A stretch of 63,131 bases of DNA, filler included, from 4 parts of 4 records of this genome joined end to end with filler, not necessarily neighbours in it; one strand, 5' to 3'; shown: positions 48,032 to 58,061, numbered from the whole stretch's first letter. Program-made: numbers and translations. The notes: generated by a model not told the origin, from the letters alone.

Positions 48032-49957
48032 TCAGCTACCTCTTTTACTTATTATATTTCCGGCGTGTCTGCTTTTCGTACAGCTCTCAGGAACTTCTTC
48101 AATGAGAAACGCCTCGTTATATGTTCTTTTAGACCGACAACCCTTGCCCGGGATTATGCCGGTTTTGGTATCAACTCGCCTGAATACTACGCCCTCAGGG
48201 ACGTCAAAGTCTACTTTTTTCTTATTTTTTACAACCTGTTTTTGGAATTCAGCTATGACAGGAGCCGCTCTTCCGCCCCCTGTGCCCTTTTCTCCCATAC
48301 TTCGATGATCATCAAAGCCCACCCAGCAAACTACAGCATAAGGCGGAAATAACGCCACTGTCCATGCATCACGGTACTCATCAGTGGTTCCGGTTTTAGC
48401 CGCTGTTCCCCATATCAGACCACTACCACGTGCAGTCCCACTGCGGACAACATCCTTCATCATATACACAACCTGATAGGTCTCACGCTCCGGTGCTACC
48501 CGAACAGGCATCTCTCTTTTCAGATAAATCTTTTCGCCCTGACCGTTCTCAATACTCTTTATAAATCCTATCTCACGCCTTATCCCGTATGTACCGAATG
48601 CGGCATATACCTTTGCCAGATTAAGAGGAGTGATAGGAAATATACCGAGAGGCATAGCCAGATAAGGCTTAATGCGTGCCTTCATACCAAGGTCAACAGC
48701 CATCCGCCCAACCTTTCTCAGCCCTGTATTTTTCGCAAGCCTGATTGTGGCGTTATTCAGCGAATGAACCAGCCCAAAGCGCATAGGGATGCGCCCCATA
48801 TAGTAGTCTTCGAAATTCGCAGGAGAATACACATAATTACCAAGATTATATTTATACCGCTTATCAGTAATAAGATTATTCGGCTTTGTCCCATTCTTTA
48901 CAGCGGTCAGGTAAACTATCGGCTTAAAAGTAGAGCCTATCTGCCTGCGCATCTGCATAGTGCGATATTTCCAGCGGTCATTAGCAGCCAGAGCCTCTAT
49001 CCCGCCTGTCTCATAATTAACAACGGCAAGGGCGATATTAACCCCGTCAGGATACTTTTTTAGTCGACTCTCAATTGCATTATTAGCCGCTTCTAAAGTT
49101 CTCATATTAATATTTGTATGCACCACAAGCTGACGACCGGATTTTATCCCCTTCTCTTTCATCTCGTGCAGGACAAGCTCGACATACTCAGCATGAGTAT
49201 TTATATCCTCATGCATAGCATAAACAGGGTTCGCCTCTGACTCTCTATATTCCTCATGGGTGATATACTTATCCTTATAAAGCCTGTAGGCGAGCATATC
49301 TTTCCGTTTATAAAAAGCTGGCGTATCATCCTCCGGCATATGCCCGAGCGTAAGCACCGAAACGAGCCAAGCCTTTTCAGCTATGTTTAAAAACTTCACC
49401 GAGCTGTTGAAATAGCTTAACGCAGCAGCCTCCAGCCCCCATATGTCGTTCTGCATGTAAGTATGCTCCATATAGGAGCGAAGCACAGCCTCAAGCCTAT
49501 ATCGGGCAACAATCTCTGATGCTGTTTTCCAGAGCATAAGCTTTGTCATCTTCGCACCGACCTTAGCCATAGCCTTCTCTGCGGTCAAAAGTACTATACA
49601 ATTGCTCAGCCCTTGTGTTGGAATGTTGTGAAAATTAAGGAGCCTGAAGTCTTGGTCAGACTCCGGTTTGGTACAGGTAAATAGATTCTCACCTGCAAAA
49701 CGCACCATATACAAAACATCCTCAGGAGTGTCCGAAGGGAGCTTCGCCGTACGCTCATATATCTTCTCATAAATCTTGACACCGTCATCTGAATAAATAG
49801 TGAGTGACTTACCGTCACGGTCACCTTTCAGAAGATCGTCGATGTCCACAGAAACCCTCTGCACAGCGGATTTCTCTCCATACAGCACAACACCAAGCCC
49901 GGCAACAAACACCAGACAAACGCAAGCTGTAATGATTAGAAATCTACCCAAAGTCAT
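48032..49957 (-). CDS. Class A penicillin-binding-protein-like protein with an intact transpeptidase and a degenerate transglycosylase domain
   Basis: N-terminal TM; WGLEAAALSYF...LNIAEKAWL relic of GT51; GSTFKP (SxxK), HSLN (SxN), AAKTGTT, DAW, WVGFDD. Confidence 0.85.
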   Translation of the reverse strand: MTLGRFLIITACVCLVFVAGLGVVLYGEKSAVQRVSVDIDDLLKGDRDGKSLTIYSDDGVKIYEKIYERTAKLPSDTPEDVLYMVRFAGENLFTCTKPESDQDFRLLNFHNIPTQGLSNCIVLLTAEKAMAKVGAKMTKLMLWKTASEIVARYRLEAVLRSYMEHTYMQNDIWGLEAAALSYFNSSVKFLNIAEKAWLVSVLTLGHMPEDDTPAFYKRKDMLAYRLYKDKYITHEEYRESEANPVYAMHEDINTHAEYVELVLHEMKEKGIKSGRQLVVHTNINMRTLEAANNAIESRLKKYPDGVNIALAVVNYETGGIEALAANDRWKYRTMQMRRQIGSTFKPIVYLTAVKNGTKPNNLITDKRYKYNLGNYVYSPANFEDYYMGRIPMRFGLVHSLNNATIRLAKNTGLRKVGRMAVDLGMKARIKPYLAMPLGIFPITPLNLAKVYAAFGTYGIRREIGFIKSIENGQGEKIYLKREMPVRVAPERETYQVVYMMKDVVRSGTARGSGLIWGTAAKTGTTDEYRDAWTVALFPPYAVVCWVGFDDHRSMGEKGTGGGRAAPVIAEFQKQVVKNKKKVDFDVPEGVVFRRVDTKTGIIPGKGCRSKRTYNEAFLIEEVPESCTKSRHAGNIISKRGS

Positions 49958-49960
49958 ATT

Positions 49961-50548
49961 TTATCCCATTTTAGTTTTAAGGTAATCTTTCAGCCCCTGC
50001 AAAGCCATGAACCTGTGTGAGATGCTGTTCTTCTCCGCATCAGTAAGCTCTGCCATGTGACGACCGTCCGGAAGCAGGAACATGGGATCATACCCGAAAC
50101 CCCCGTCACCTTTATACTCTTTCGCTATAGCACCTTCGCAAAGCCCGCTGAATGTGCGCTCAACTATACCGTTGATAGATAAAGCAATCACACAGACATA
50201 GCTCGCACCGCACTCTTCCGCAGGAACAGGGAGCATAGCATCGAATAGTTTCTTATTGTTGTCATCATCTGTAGCATTAGGTCCTGCGAAACGTGCAGAG
50301 TAAACCCCTGGCGCTCCGTCAAGCCTGTCCACAGATATCCCTGAATCGTCAGCGATAACATACCCCTCAACCATCTTTGAGAGGGTTTTAGCCTTCAGAG
50401 AGGCGTTTTCAAGGAATGTATTACCTGTCTCTTCCACATCTATAGAGTCATCCACAACTTCGTAAACCGAACGGACATCCACATCCGACAGAATTTCCTT
50501 TATCTCTTTCAGCTTATGCTGATTTTTAGTCGCAACATAAAGAATCAC
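49961..50548 (-). CDS. rdgB: XTP/dITP diphosphatase
   Basis: ATKNQHK, EETG.TF.ENA, ADDSG, PGVYSARF, GFGYDP, KN.ISHR. Confidence 0.95.
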   Translation of the reverse strand: MILYVATKNQHKLKEIKEILSDVDVRSVYEVVDDSIDVEETGNTFLENASLKAKTLSKMVEGYVIADDSGISVDRLDGAPGVYSARFAGPNATDDDNNKKLFDAMLPVPAEECGASYVCVIALSINGIVERTFSGLCEGAIAKEYKGDGGFGYDPMFLLPDGRHMAELTDAEKNSISHRFMALQGLKDYLKTKMG

Positions 50549-51258
50549 CTGAGCACCGCCTTCTGCATCTCAGTAAGATCATGGACACCTTTAAAGCCGA
50601 GGTCGAGCATCCTGTTAAGCAGATTACGGTTAAAAGCGACCTGCTCGGCACTACCCTGAATCTCTACTATATGAGTGCAGTCTTTCACAACGATATTCAT
50701 ATCAACATCCGCCTGTGAATCCTCAATATACTCAAGGTCGAGCATAGGCTCTCCGTCCACTATACCAACGCTGATAGCAGACACCATCCCCTCAATAGGG
50801 CTCTCGGAGATAATCTCTTTCTCAAGCATCCACTCACATGCGAGCTGTAAAGCGACAAAACCACCGGTGATAGCCGCTGTTCTCGTTCCGCCGTCCGCTT
50901 GTATAACATCACAATCTATCGTTATAGTATTTTCACCAAGCTTTTCGAAATCAACAGCCGCTCTCAGGCTTCTGCCGATCAGTCTGGAAATCTCCTGCGA
51001 TCTGCCGTTCTGCTTGCCGGTTTTCGCCTCACGCTTATTTCTTGTGTGTGTGGCTCTAGGGAGCATAGCATACTCCGCTGTAACCCACCCTTTCCCTGTG
51101 TCACGAAGAAATGAAGGCACACCCTCTGTCACGGTAGCGTTACATATCACTTTTGTATCGCCGAAGCTTATCAGGACAGACCCCTCTGGGTGGCTGATGT
51201 AGCCTTTCTCTATCTTAACTTCTCTGAGTTCATCGTTTTTTCGGTTTTCTCTAATCAT
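50545..51258 (-). CDS. rph: Ribonuclease PH
   Basis: GWVTAEYAMLPRAT, GRSQEISRLIGRSLR, ADGGTRTAAITG. Confidence 0.97.
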   Translation of the reverse strand: MIRENRKNDELREVKIEKGYISHPEGSVLISFGDTKVICNATVTEGVPSFLRDTGKGWVTAEYAMLPRATHTRNKREAKTGKQNGRSQEISRLIGRSLRAAVDFEKLGENTITIDCDVIQADGGTRTAAITGGFVALQLACEWMLEKEIISESPIEGMVSAISVGIVDGEPMLDLEYIEDSQADVDMNIVVKDCTHIVEIQGSAEQVAFNRNLLNRMLDLGFKGVHDLTEMQKAVLR

Positions 51259-51318
51259 TTTCTATCACCATACTCATTAATATTATTTTAGTTATCGTTT
51301 TCGCTTCCCGTTGGTCAG

Positions 51319-52071
51319 CTATTTTTCTGTAATAACCAAAGCTCCCGGGTATTTCCCACGAACCTTGCTCTTATATTTCTCAGCATCTCGTCTGTTGTTA
51401 AATCCAGTGACCTTCACCCTGTAATAAGCCTTTCCGCTGACATAAGCCATAACAATCTTTGATCTGCTTAGTTTATTTGCCAGTTGTTTCGCATATCTCC
51501 TCTCGGAAAATGATGCGAGCTGAACTGAAAAATGTCCGTGAACAGGGTCGGATGTCGCACCGTTCAGAAGCTCTAAGGTAACTTTTGTCAGCCCTTTATT
51601 AACAATGCCGAGCTTTACAGCGCCGGTGTATGACAAGTCAATTATCCTGCCTGGCACGTGCGGTCCCCGGTCGTTTATGGTTACTATTATATCCCTATGA
51701 GTTTCCTGACACCTGACATGAACCTTGCTCCCGAGGGGGAGTTCCTTATGTGCCGCTGTCATCGCATACATGTTATATCTCTCGCCGCTTGCCGTCAGCT
51801 TTCCGTGCTCTTCCCTGCCATACCAGCTCGCAAGCCCCTTCTGCCTGAACTCTTTCACTGATTTCAAACGGTAATAGGTTATCCCCCTGACGGTGTATGG
51901 GCGGTCGTAGACCTCACCTGTCATGGTTGCTCCTTCCGGTATTTTATAGCTGGTTTTGTATGAGTGGGATGTGGTAGAGCAAGCGATAAGGAAGAAACAG
52001 CAGAGACTAATCAGCCTCGCAGTTTTTGTAAATGTCAGCAAGTTTGTCGGCGCCTTCTTTAATGCTATCAT
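51319..52071 (-). CDS. rlpA: Septal ring lytic transglycosylase RlpA family lipoprotein with SPOR domain (start uncertain)
   Basis: Lipobox LIAC; GLASWYG, TASGE, TAAHKELP, INDRGP, RIIDLS; C-terminal SPOR (VQLASF, YRVKV). Confidence 0.9.
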   Translation of the reverse strand: MIALKKAPTNLLTFTKTARLISLCCFFLIACSTTSHSYKTSYKIPEGATMTGEVYDRPYTVRGITYYRLKSVKEFRQKGLASWYGREEHGKLTASGERYNMYAMTAAHKELPLGSKVHVRCQETHRDIIVTINDRGPHVPGRIIDLSYTGAVKLGIVNKGLTKVTLELLNGATSDPVHGHFSVQLASFSERRYAKQLANKLSRSKIVMAYVSGKAYYRVKVTGFNNRRDAEKYKSKVRGKYPGALVITEK

Positions 52072-53056
52072 ATTTTATTACATAGTCCGGTTTTTCTGGA
52101 ATAGAGCGCATATAGAGCGGATCGTAATACTCCACAAGCAGGTCACGTGTGAAAGACTCATAGTCCTGCCTGTCGAGCATAGCGGAAAGCTCATTAATCT
52201 TAGCCGCACCTATAAAACGCTTAAGGCGAAGCAGAGACGCTCTTATCTCTTCTATATATCGGTCGGGTTTGTAGTTTTCTACAGTAAAGGCTATGCGGAA
52301 ATCAAGAGAAGTGTCCGACACAACACTTATGCCAGAGCCCATTCTGTCAAAGATCCGGTTCGGCACACTAACCTTACCTATCTTTTTACTCTCACCTTCT
52401 ACCAAAAAGAGCCTCCCCCCTTTTCTATAGAATGTATGCCATATTTTCGATTCGAAATTCTTCTGGGTCACCTTCTCATAGTCCGGCTCGTCCACCTTGC
52501 CGAAGCTAGAACCCTTGTGACATGCGGCTTTCTCAAGGTCTAACACATTCAAGCCGTCACTGTCCAGCATACGCAATATCTCTGTCTTAGCGCATCCTGT
52601 AGGGCCGTAGAAATTTATAAATTTATAATCAGCTGGAAATTCATCAATGAATTCAGACACATGCCTGCGATAATCCTTCCAGCCGCCCTTGATTACAAAA
52701 ACCTGTACACCAGCCAAACGCACAAGACCAGCAGCAGAATTACTGCGAAGCCCGCCACGCCAGCAATAGGCGATAGTCATTTTATTATTCTGTTTTACAT
52801 CTAAAAATTGTCTTATAAACTGCGGAAGTTTCGGACTAACAAGATCAACACCGAGAACACGCGCCTCTTTCGGTCCAACCTGCTTATAACAGATACCGAC
52901 CTCTCTACGCTCATCATCATCTAAAAGCGGTATATTTATCGCAGTTGGGATGTGGTCTTCGTCGTATTCCGAAGGGGAGCGGACATCGATAAGATTTATC
53001 TCATCCAGCCCCTTGTTCAATATATAACTTAGCTCCAGTTCTTCGTTTAAACTCAC
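52007..53056 (-). CDS. mnmH: tRNA 2-selenouridine synthase
   Basis: Rhodanese IDVRSPSEY, YCWRGGLRS, P-loop-like GPTGCAKT, DLE..A.HKGS.FG, EGESKKIG. Confidence 0.93.
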   Translation of the reverse strand: MSLNEELELSYILNKGLDEINLIDVRSPSEYDEDHIPTAINIPLLDDDERREVGICYKQVGPKEARVLGVDLVSPKLPQFIRQFLDVKQNNKMTIAYCWRGGLRSNSAAGLVRLAGVQVFVIKGGWKDYRRHVSEFIDEFPADYKFINFYGPTGCAKTEILRMLDSDGLNVLDLEKAACHKGSSFGKVDEPDYEKVTQKNFESKIWHTFYRKGGRLFLVEGESKKIGKVSVPNRIFDRMGSGISVVSDTSLDFRIAFTVENYKPDRYIEEIRASLLRLKRFIGAAKINELSAMLDRQDYESFTRDLLVEYYDPLYMRSIPEKPDYVIKYDSIKEGADKLADIYKNCEAD

Positions 53057-53943
53057 TTGAATTTCAGTATAGTTTCGATGAAGTGCTTAAGAAGCTTTTT
53101 GTTTGTGCGGTTTTTGCTGTAAACAACATAAACATCTTTCTCTACAACCAGGTCTGTCACAGGGATAGCCTTTATGCTTGTGTCGTGCTCCTCTTCGGAG
53201 AGAGCCATTTCAGACATGAAAGCTATACCGAGCTCACGCTTAACAGCGTTGCGGATAGAGAATGTCGAGCTGAGAACAGCAACAGCATTAAGGGAATCGA
53301 AATCGTACCCCTTCTGCTTGAAAGCGTGCTCAACAGATGCTCTTGTTCCTGAGCCTACCTCACGTGTAATGAATTCCTCGCCGATAATCTCTTCGATGAA
53401 AACAGAATCACGTGTATAGAATTTATGATTTTTATGAACTATCAGGACTATCTTATCTTTTGTAAGAACTTTATACTCAAGGTCTTTTTTAGGTATCTTA
53501 CGAGCTACGATCGCAAGGTCAAGTATACCGTCCGATAATCTCTGAATTACGTTTTGAGTGTTGCCATTGTCGAGAGTAAAGAAGGTTTTGTAGTAATCCT
53601 CTTTGAATTGCTTAATAACTTCAGGAAGAATAAACTCTGCCGCAACAGTGCTATAACCGATATGAAGGTGCCCGCTCACTTCGTTGAGGAACTCCTTTAC
53701 AGCTTCGTGTGAACGCTCACGCAGATCAAGTATATCAACTGCGTAAGGGTAGAAAACCTGCCCAGCTTCAGTAAGGACAACCTCTTTGGAGAGCCTGTCG
53801 AAAAGTTTTACGCCTAGCTGTTCTTCTAAGGTACTGATATGAGTTGATATTGTCGGCTGAGAGAGAAGTAGCTTCTCCGCAGCTCTTGAGAATGATTTGT
53901 ACTTTGCAACGAATACAAAGGCTTCGATCTGCTTAAAATCCAT
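53053..53943 (-). CDS. LysR-family regulator (selenium-metabolism-associated type by context)
   Basis: SFSRAAEKLLLSQPTIS HTH, LTEAG, REVGSGTR; overlaps the mnmH start. The likely start is ATG 53943. Confidence 0.9.
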   Translation of the reverse strand: MDFKQIEAFVFVAKYKSFSRAAEKLLLSQPTISTHISTLEEQLGVKLFDRLSKEVVLTEAGQVFYPYAVDILDLRERSHEAVKEFLNEVSGHLHIGYSTVAAEFILPEVIKQFKEDYYKTFFTLDNGNTQNVIQRLSDGILDLAIVARKIPKKDLEYKVLTKDKIVLIVHKNHKFYTRDSVFIEEIIGEEFITREVGSGTRASVEHAFKQKGYDFDSLNAVAVLSSTFSIRNAVKRELGIAFMSEMALSEEEHDTSIKAIPVTDLVVEKDVYVVYSKNRTNKKLLKHFIETILKFK

Positions 53944-54041
53944 GCGATACCCCGAGTTATTATAAATCTTGATAATGAAGCAAGACCTATACAATAGCAT
54001 AATCATTGCTAAAATCAATAATGAAAATATGTCAACCTATG

Positions 54042-55592
54042 CTAAAAACTGTCCACTGATACTTTATAAACTGTGAAGCCATTGTTGTTATTAATAAAAG
54101 GAGTGAAATATTTTATTCCTCTCTCTTCGATTATAAAAAGGCGGAAGAACATTGTTTCCCTAAAATCGGTTTCTTTATAGTTATTTACAAGTATTTCATC
54201 ACCACGCATTGATATATCATATCCTGCCGTCTTTGCTATCTGGCTAATCTTCCTTTCTAAGTCCGGAGTCAGGAGCAGATACACCGGTTTGCCTCTCGCA
54301 GCATCTAAAAGCATCTTAGCCGATTCGGCAGGATTACTGCTCATCATAGCCTCAGCAAACACTTTTGCACCCTCTTTAAACTGAGTCGCACCGTCAGCCA
54401 TAGCCGTTTTCCCTGTGAGATATTCCACCATAAACCCATGATCCCAAAGACCAGCTATAACCGCATCATCCTCAACACCTTTAAGAGATTTAACACCGGT
54501 GTAAACATCATCAGGAACAACCTTCGAAGGTATAAAACTTATAAATGGTTTCAGCAGTATAAGCATCATTAATGACACTATGAGCGCCCACCCGAGCAGC
54601 TTTAATCTCTCCCTGAACAGATAGTCAAAAGCTATACCCAGCCCTGCACCACAAACAGGCGCAAGAAACATAGTGAAGCGCACACCTTTAACAAAGGCAA
54701 ATACACCAAGCAGATACAGCGGAAACAAATATATAGCCTTGCGCCCCATCAGAAATGACAGAACTAACCCCAAGAGTGCCATAGATGAAACCGAAGACAC
54801 ATAACCAAAGGTATCTGCAACTCCTAACACCTGAAGCTCGGCAACATCAGCATAAGCAGTAATTCCGCTTCGTTTAACTCCTGCAACAAACTCGTAAACA
54901 TTGCGAAACCCGCTTATAAAAACAAAAGGTGACGCACAGACGATATATGTAACCGAAGATATAATAATTCGCCTAACTTCTTCCTTCCGTATGGCAAAAA
55001 GTAATAACATAAAGGTTATCAGTGTAAACCCGCTATGGAAATACCACCGCCAAAACATATACATAGAAATACCAGCACACGCAGACCATAAAACCGCACG
55101 CCCACGGCTCGCTAAGAACGTAAACAGTATCCCAAGTGATATAAAAAACAGATTTAGCATATCCGTATCAAGCATAAATGCTGATGTACGTGACAGATAT
55201 GCGAAGGACAGGCTCCCCATCAGGCATGCTCCTATACCAGCCGCCGGAAAACCTGCAAAGTAGAAAAACAACCCAAGCGGCAATATAAATAAGCCGGACA
55301 GAAATACAGCTAGAAAACTCCCTGTAATCTCCGGCACTCCGCCGAAAAGCCTAATAAACTCACTAATTAATGGACGATCAGGCATCATGTTCGAATGGAC
55401 AGGCGAACCGGAAAGCTTGTCAAGCCCCGCTTTATAGTCACCTTCGACATATCTCAGCCAGTGGTAACCGTCGTGCGCAGTGAGTATCACCTCGCCGGAG
55501 CAAACGAGATTAAGGTGCTGATGATAGCGTACGCCAACGTTGCAGGCGTATATAAACAGTAAAAATGTTAAAAATATTACCAGACTGCGCAT
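54042..55592 (-). CDS. STT3/PglB-like oligosaccharyltransferase
   Basis: Many TM helices; TAHDGYHW, SRT..FMLDTDML, VAE, RF, GLWDHG (WWDYG variant), MADG. Confidence 0.8.
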   Translation of the reverse strand: MRSLVIFLTFLLFIYACNVGVRYHQHLNLVCSGEVILTAHDGYHWLRYVEGDYKAGLDKLSGSPVHSNMMPDRPLISEFIRLFGGVPEITGSFLAVFLSGLFILPLGLFFYFAGFPAAGIGACLMGSLSFAYLSRTSAFMLDTDMLNLFFISLGILFTFLASRGRAVLWSACAGISMYMFWRWYFHSGFTLITFMLLLFAIRKEEVRRIIISSVTYIVCASPFVFISGFRNVYEFVAGVKRSGITAYADVAELQVLGVADTFGYVSSVSSMALLGLVLSFLMGRKAIYLFPLYLLGVFAFVKGVRFTMFLAPVCGAGLGIAFDYLFRERLKLLGWALIVSLMMLILLKPFISFIPSKVVPDDVYTGVKSLKGVEDDAVIAGLWDHGFMVEYLTGKTAMADGATQFKEGAKVFAEAMMSSNPAESAKMLLDAARGKPVYLLLTPDLERKISQIAKTAGYDISMRGDEILVNNYKETDFRETMFFRLFIIEERGIKYFTPFINNNNGFTVYKVSVDSF

Positions 55593-55594
55593 AT

Positions 55595-55619
55595 AAAAAA
55601 GGCTCCCTTTCAGGAGCCT
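55595..55619 (-). terminator. Rho-independent terminator after pepA
   Basis: The minus strand reads AGGCTCC-TGAAAG-GGAGCC-TTTTTT. Confidence 0.8.
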
Positions 55620-55626
55620 GTATAGT

Positions 55627-57126
55627 TTATTCTGCTGTCGAATAGTTTGTTTTAAGAAACTCTGCTATCAGCCTGACTCCGAAGCCGGATGCATTCTTAC
55701 CAAAAACCGGATGCTCCTCTAAGAGGAAAGCAGGCCCAGCTATATCGAGGTGTATCCAAGGCCAGTTATCAACAAACTCCTGAAGGAAAAGCCCTGCCAT
55801 GGTTGAACCAGCTTCACCTTTCTGCTTTGTAATGTTTCTAAGGTCAGCGACATCACTCTTGATCCTGTCCTGATAAACCTCAAGGAGCGGAAGCTCCCAG
55901 ATGTCCTCACCTATCTCGCCGGAAACATCTAATATGTTCTTCGCAAGGAATTTCCTGTTTGAAAAGAGCCCCGCACAAAATGAGCCGAGCGCAACAACGC
56001 ATGCGCCAGTAAGTGTCGCAACATCGATGATAACCTCAGGATCGGTCTTGGTCGCCTCATAGAGAGCATCAGCAAGGATAAGCCTCCCCTCTGCGTCCGT
56101 ATTGAGTATCTCGACAGTTTTCCCCATCTTGCTCTTAAGGATGTCACCCGGCTTATAAGCGCAGGTTCCGATGATATTCTCCACAAGCGGGATGTATGTT
56201 TTAACATTTATAGGCATGTTTGTATCAACAGCGATCTTTGTCACCGCAAGCACCGTAGCCGCACCTGACATATCGCATTTCATATCTTCGATAGAGCCGG
56301 AAGGCTTAAGGTTTGTACCGCCGGAATCAAAGGTAACACCCTTACCGACAAGCGCAACATGCTGATCAGTAGAAGGAGCACCGTTATACTCAAGCTTGAG
56401 ATACTTAGGCGGATTACTACTCCCTTTTCCAACCTCATAAACCATAGGATATTCCTTTTTAAGAACGTCCATCTCTTCTATCACTGTCACCTTAAGCTTA
56501 TTGGATGCCATCCCTTTTGCAACGTCAGCAAAAGCAGCAGGAGTCATATTAGCCGGAGGAGTGTTTATAAGGTCTTTAGCGAGATAGATAGCCTCAAAGG
56601 TTGAGTTCCAGTCGTCAGCATTGTCATCCATAAAGCGCTTAAGCTTTGTAAAAGCAGTGATAACCTCTGCCTCTTCGAACTGATAGTTCTTCTCAGGCTT
56701 GCTCTTAAAAGACTCAAAGTTGTACTGACCGAAGAAGAAGCCGTCGAGAAACGACTTAGTATACATAGTATCCTTCTTCTCCATATATATGTCCTCAAAA
56801 GCGAGCACAGAAAATGATGTAATACGCTCTTTCTTAAGTAGCTTCGCAAAGGCGCCGCCGAGAGCTGTATAATATCTGTATCCGGCAGGGTCCTTCGGAA
56901 CTGTAACGAGATATACTTTTTTCAGCTTTCCGCCTATCTCCATGAAAAATCCGGTGAATTCCTTCTCCTCATATGAAAAATAGTCAGAAGATATTACATT
57001 ATTTATCTCATCTTCTATCTTTTTACCGGTAAGCGGCTTAAGTGATCTCATATTACGGTATACAGGGATTAGTACGGCATCTTTTTTAGAGTTAAGGGCA
57101 GTCTTTTTTCTACATGAAATCTTCAT
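55627..57126 (-). CDS. pepA: Leucyl aminopeptidase (M17)
   Basis: VGKGVTFDSGG, MKCDMSGAA, NTDAEGRL.LAD, ATLTG, HLDIAG. The likely start is ATG 57126. Confidence 0.95.
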   Translation of the reverse strand: MKISCRKKTALNSKKDAVLIPVYRNMRSLKPLTGKKIEDEINNVISSDYFSYEEKEFTGFFMEIGGKLKKVYLVTVPKDPAGYRYYTALGGAFAKLLKKERITSFSVLAFEDIYMEKKDTMYTKSFLDGFFFGQYNFESFKSKPEKNYQFEEAEVITAFTKLKRFMDDNADDWNSTFEAIYLAKDLINTPPANMTPAAFADVAKGMASNKLKVTVIEEMDVLKKEYPMVYEVGKGSSNPPKYLKLEYNGAPSTDQHVALVGKGVTFDSGGTNLKPSGSIEDMKCDMSGAATVLAVTKIAVDTNMPINVKTYIPLVENIIGTCAYKPGDILKSKMGKTVEILNTDAEGRLILADALYEATKTDPEVIIDVATLTGACVVALGSFCAGLFSNRKFLAKNILDVSGEIGEDIWELPLLEVYQDRIKSDVADLRNITKQKGEAGSTMAGLFLQEFVDNWPWIHLDIAGPAFLLEEHPVFGKNASGFGVRLIAEFLKTNYSTAE

Positions 57127-57232
57127 TTTATATAACCTCAAACGTTAAATTCGGACTTGAGATACTATTAAGCTACTTTTTTTACCGAATTTCAAGAGGA
57201 AAGAAATTTGTAAAATTTTTTTGATTTAATAG

Positions 57233-57261
57233 TTGACATACATATCAAAAGTTGATAATCT
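57233..57261 (+). promoter_or_regulatory. Sigma70 promoter of the tRNA gene
   Basis: TTGACA (57233-57238), a 17-nt spacer, then TAATCT with an upstream TG, 13 nt before the tRNA. Confidence 0.7.
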
Positions 57262-57274
57262 TCCATTCCCTTGA

Positions 57275-57313
57275 CGCGGGGTAGAGCAGCTTGGTAGCTC
57301 GTCGGGCTCATAA
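57275..57313 (+). tRNA. Initiator tRNA-Met(CAT), 5' half (cut by contig end)
   Basis: CGCGGGG-TA-GAGCAGCTTGGTAGCTC-G-TCGGG-CT-CAT-AA; C1 and the GGG anticodon stem mark tRNA-fMet. Confidence 0.93.
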
Positions 57314-57413
57314 NNNNNNNNNNNNNNNNNNNNNNNNNNNNNNNNNNNNNNNNNNNNTTAATTAATTAANNNNNNNNNNNNNNNNNNNNNNNNNNNNNNN
57401 NNNNNNNNNNNNN
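57314..57413. other. Artificial contig spacer
   Basis: N-run + TTAATTAATTAA + N-run. Confidence 0.99.
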
Positions 57414-58061
57414 GGTAAAGGTGGGCATGGTGCTTATCCTCAAAAATGTATCGATCCTATTGTTATTGCTTCACGTATTGTTACTGACCTGCAAACAATT
57501 GTAAGTCGCGAGTTAAGTCCAACAGAACCAGCAGTTGTAACAGTTGGCTCAATTCATGGAGGAACACGTCCGAATATAATTCCGGATGAAGTTAAAATGG
57601 AGCTTACACTTCGTTATTTCTCGGATGAAACCATTAGGAAAGTAATTGCCGCGATAAAACGAATTAGTAAGAATGCAGCCCGTACAGCCGGGATGCCAGA
57701 AGATAAACTACCAGATGTTTTTGTAAGTCCTGTAGAAACACCACCGGTTTTAAATGATACTGATTTGAGCCTTAAATTACATGGTTTTGCATCGGAAATA
57801 ATTGGAAGTGAAAAAATTATTGAAACGAAACCAGAGATGGTAGGTGAAGATTTTGGAAAATATGGTTTAACCGAAGAAGACATTCCTATTTGTTTAATGT
57901 GGCTGGGGAGTACAGGGGCAGAAGAAATGAAACGATTAAAAGCCCAGGGGAAAAAGCCGTTTCCATTACATTCTCCTCATCTGAATCCTGACTATAGAAA
58001 TACCATTGAAACAGGAATTGCTGTTATGACAGGTAACGTAATTGGATTGTTAAAAAAATAA
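57414..58061 (+). CDS. M20 family amidohydrolase, C-terminal part (5' end missing)
   Basis: Frame open from the contig edge: GKGGHGAYP...IDPIV...LQTIVSRE...VVTVGSIHGG...NIIPD...MVGEDF...LHSP. Confidence 0.92.
   Translation, partial: GKGGHGAYPQKCIDPIVIASRIVTDLQTIVSRELSPTEPAVVTVGSIHGGTRPNIIPDEVKMELTLRYFSDETIRKVIAAIKRISKNAARTAGMPEDKLPDVFVSPVETPPVLNDTDLSLKLHGFASEIIGSEKIIETKPEMVGEDFGKYGLTEEDIPICLMWLGSTGAEEMKRLKAQGKKPFPLHSPHLNPDYRNTIETGIAVMTGNVIGLLKK

Noticed and set aside
57275-57313. Truncated tRNA-Met as an integration scar
   Set aside because: The truncation coincides exactly with the contig end, so an assembly break explains it.
21437-57413. Apparent bacterial-archaeal mosaic or horizontal transfer across the window, and three copies of TTAATTAATTAA
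   Set aside because: The junctions are identical 100-nt N/stop-linker spacers. The four segments are separate contigs, so adjacency across them has no biological meaning.
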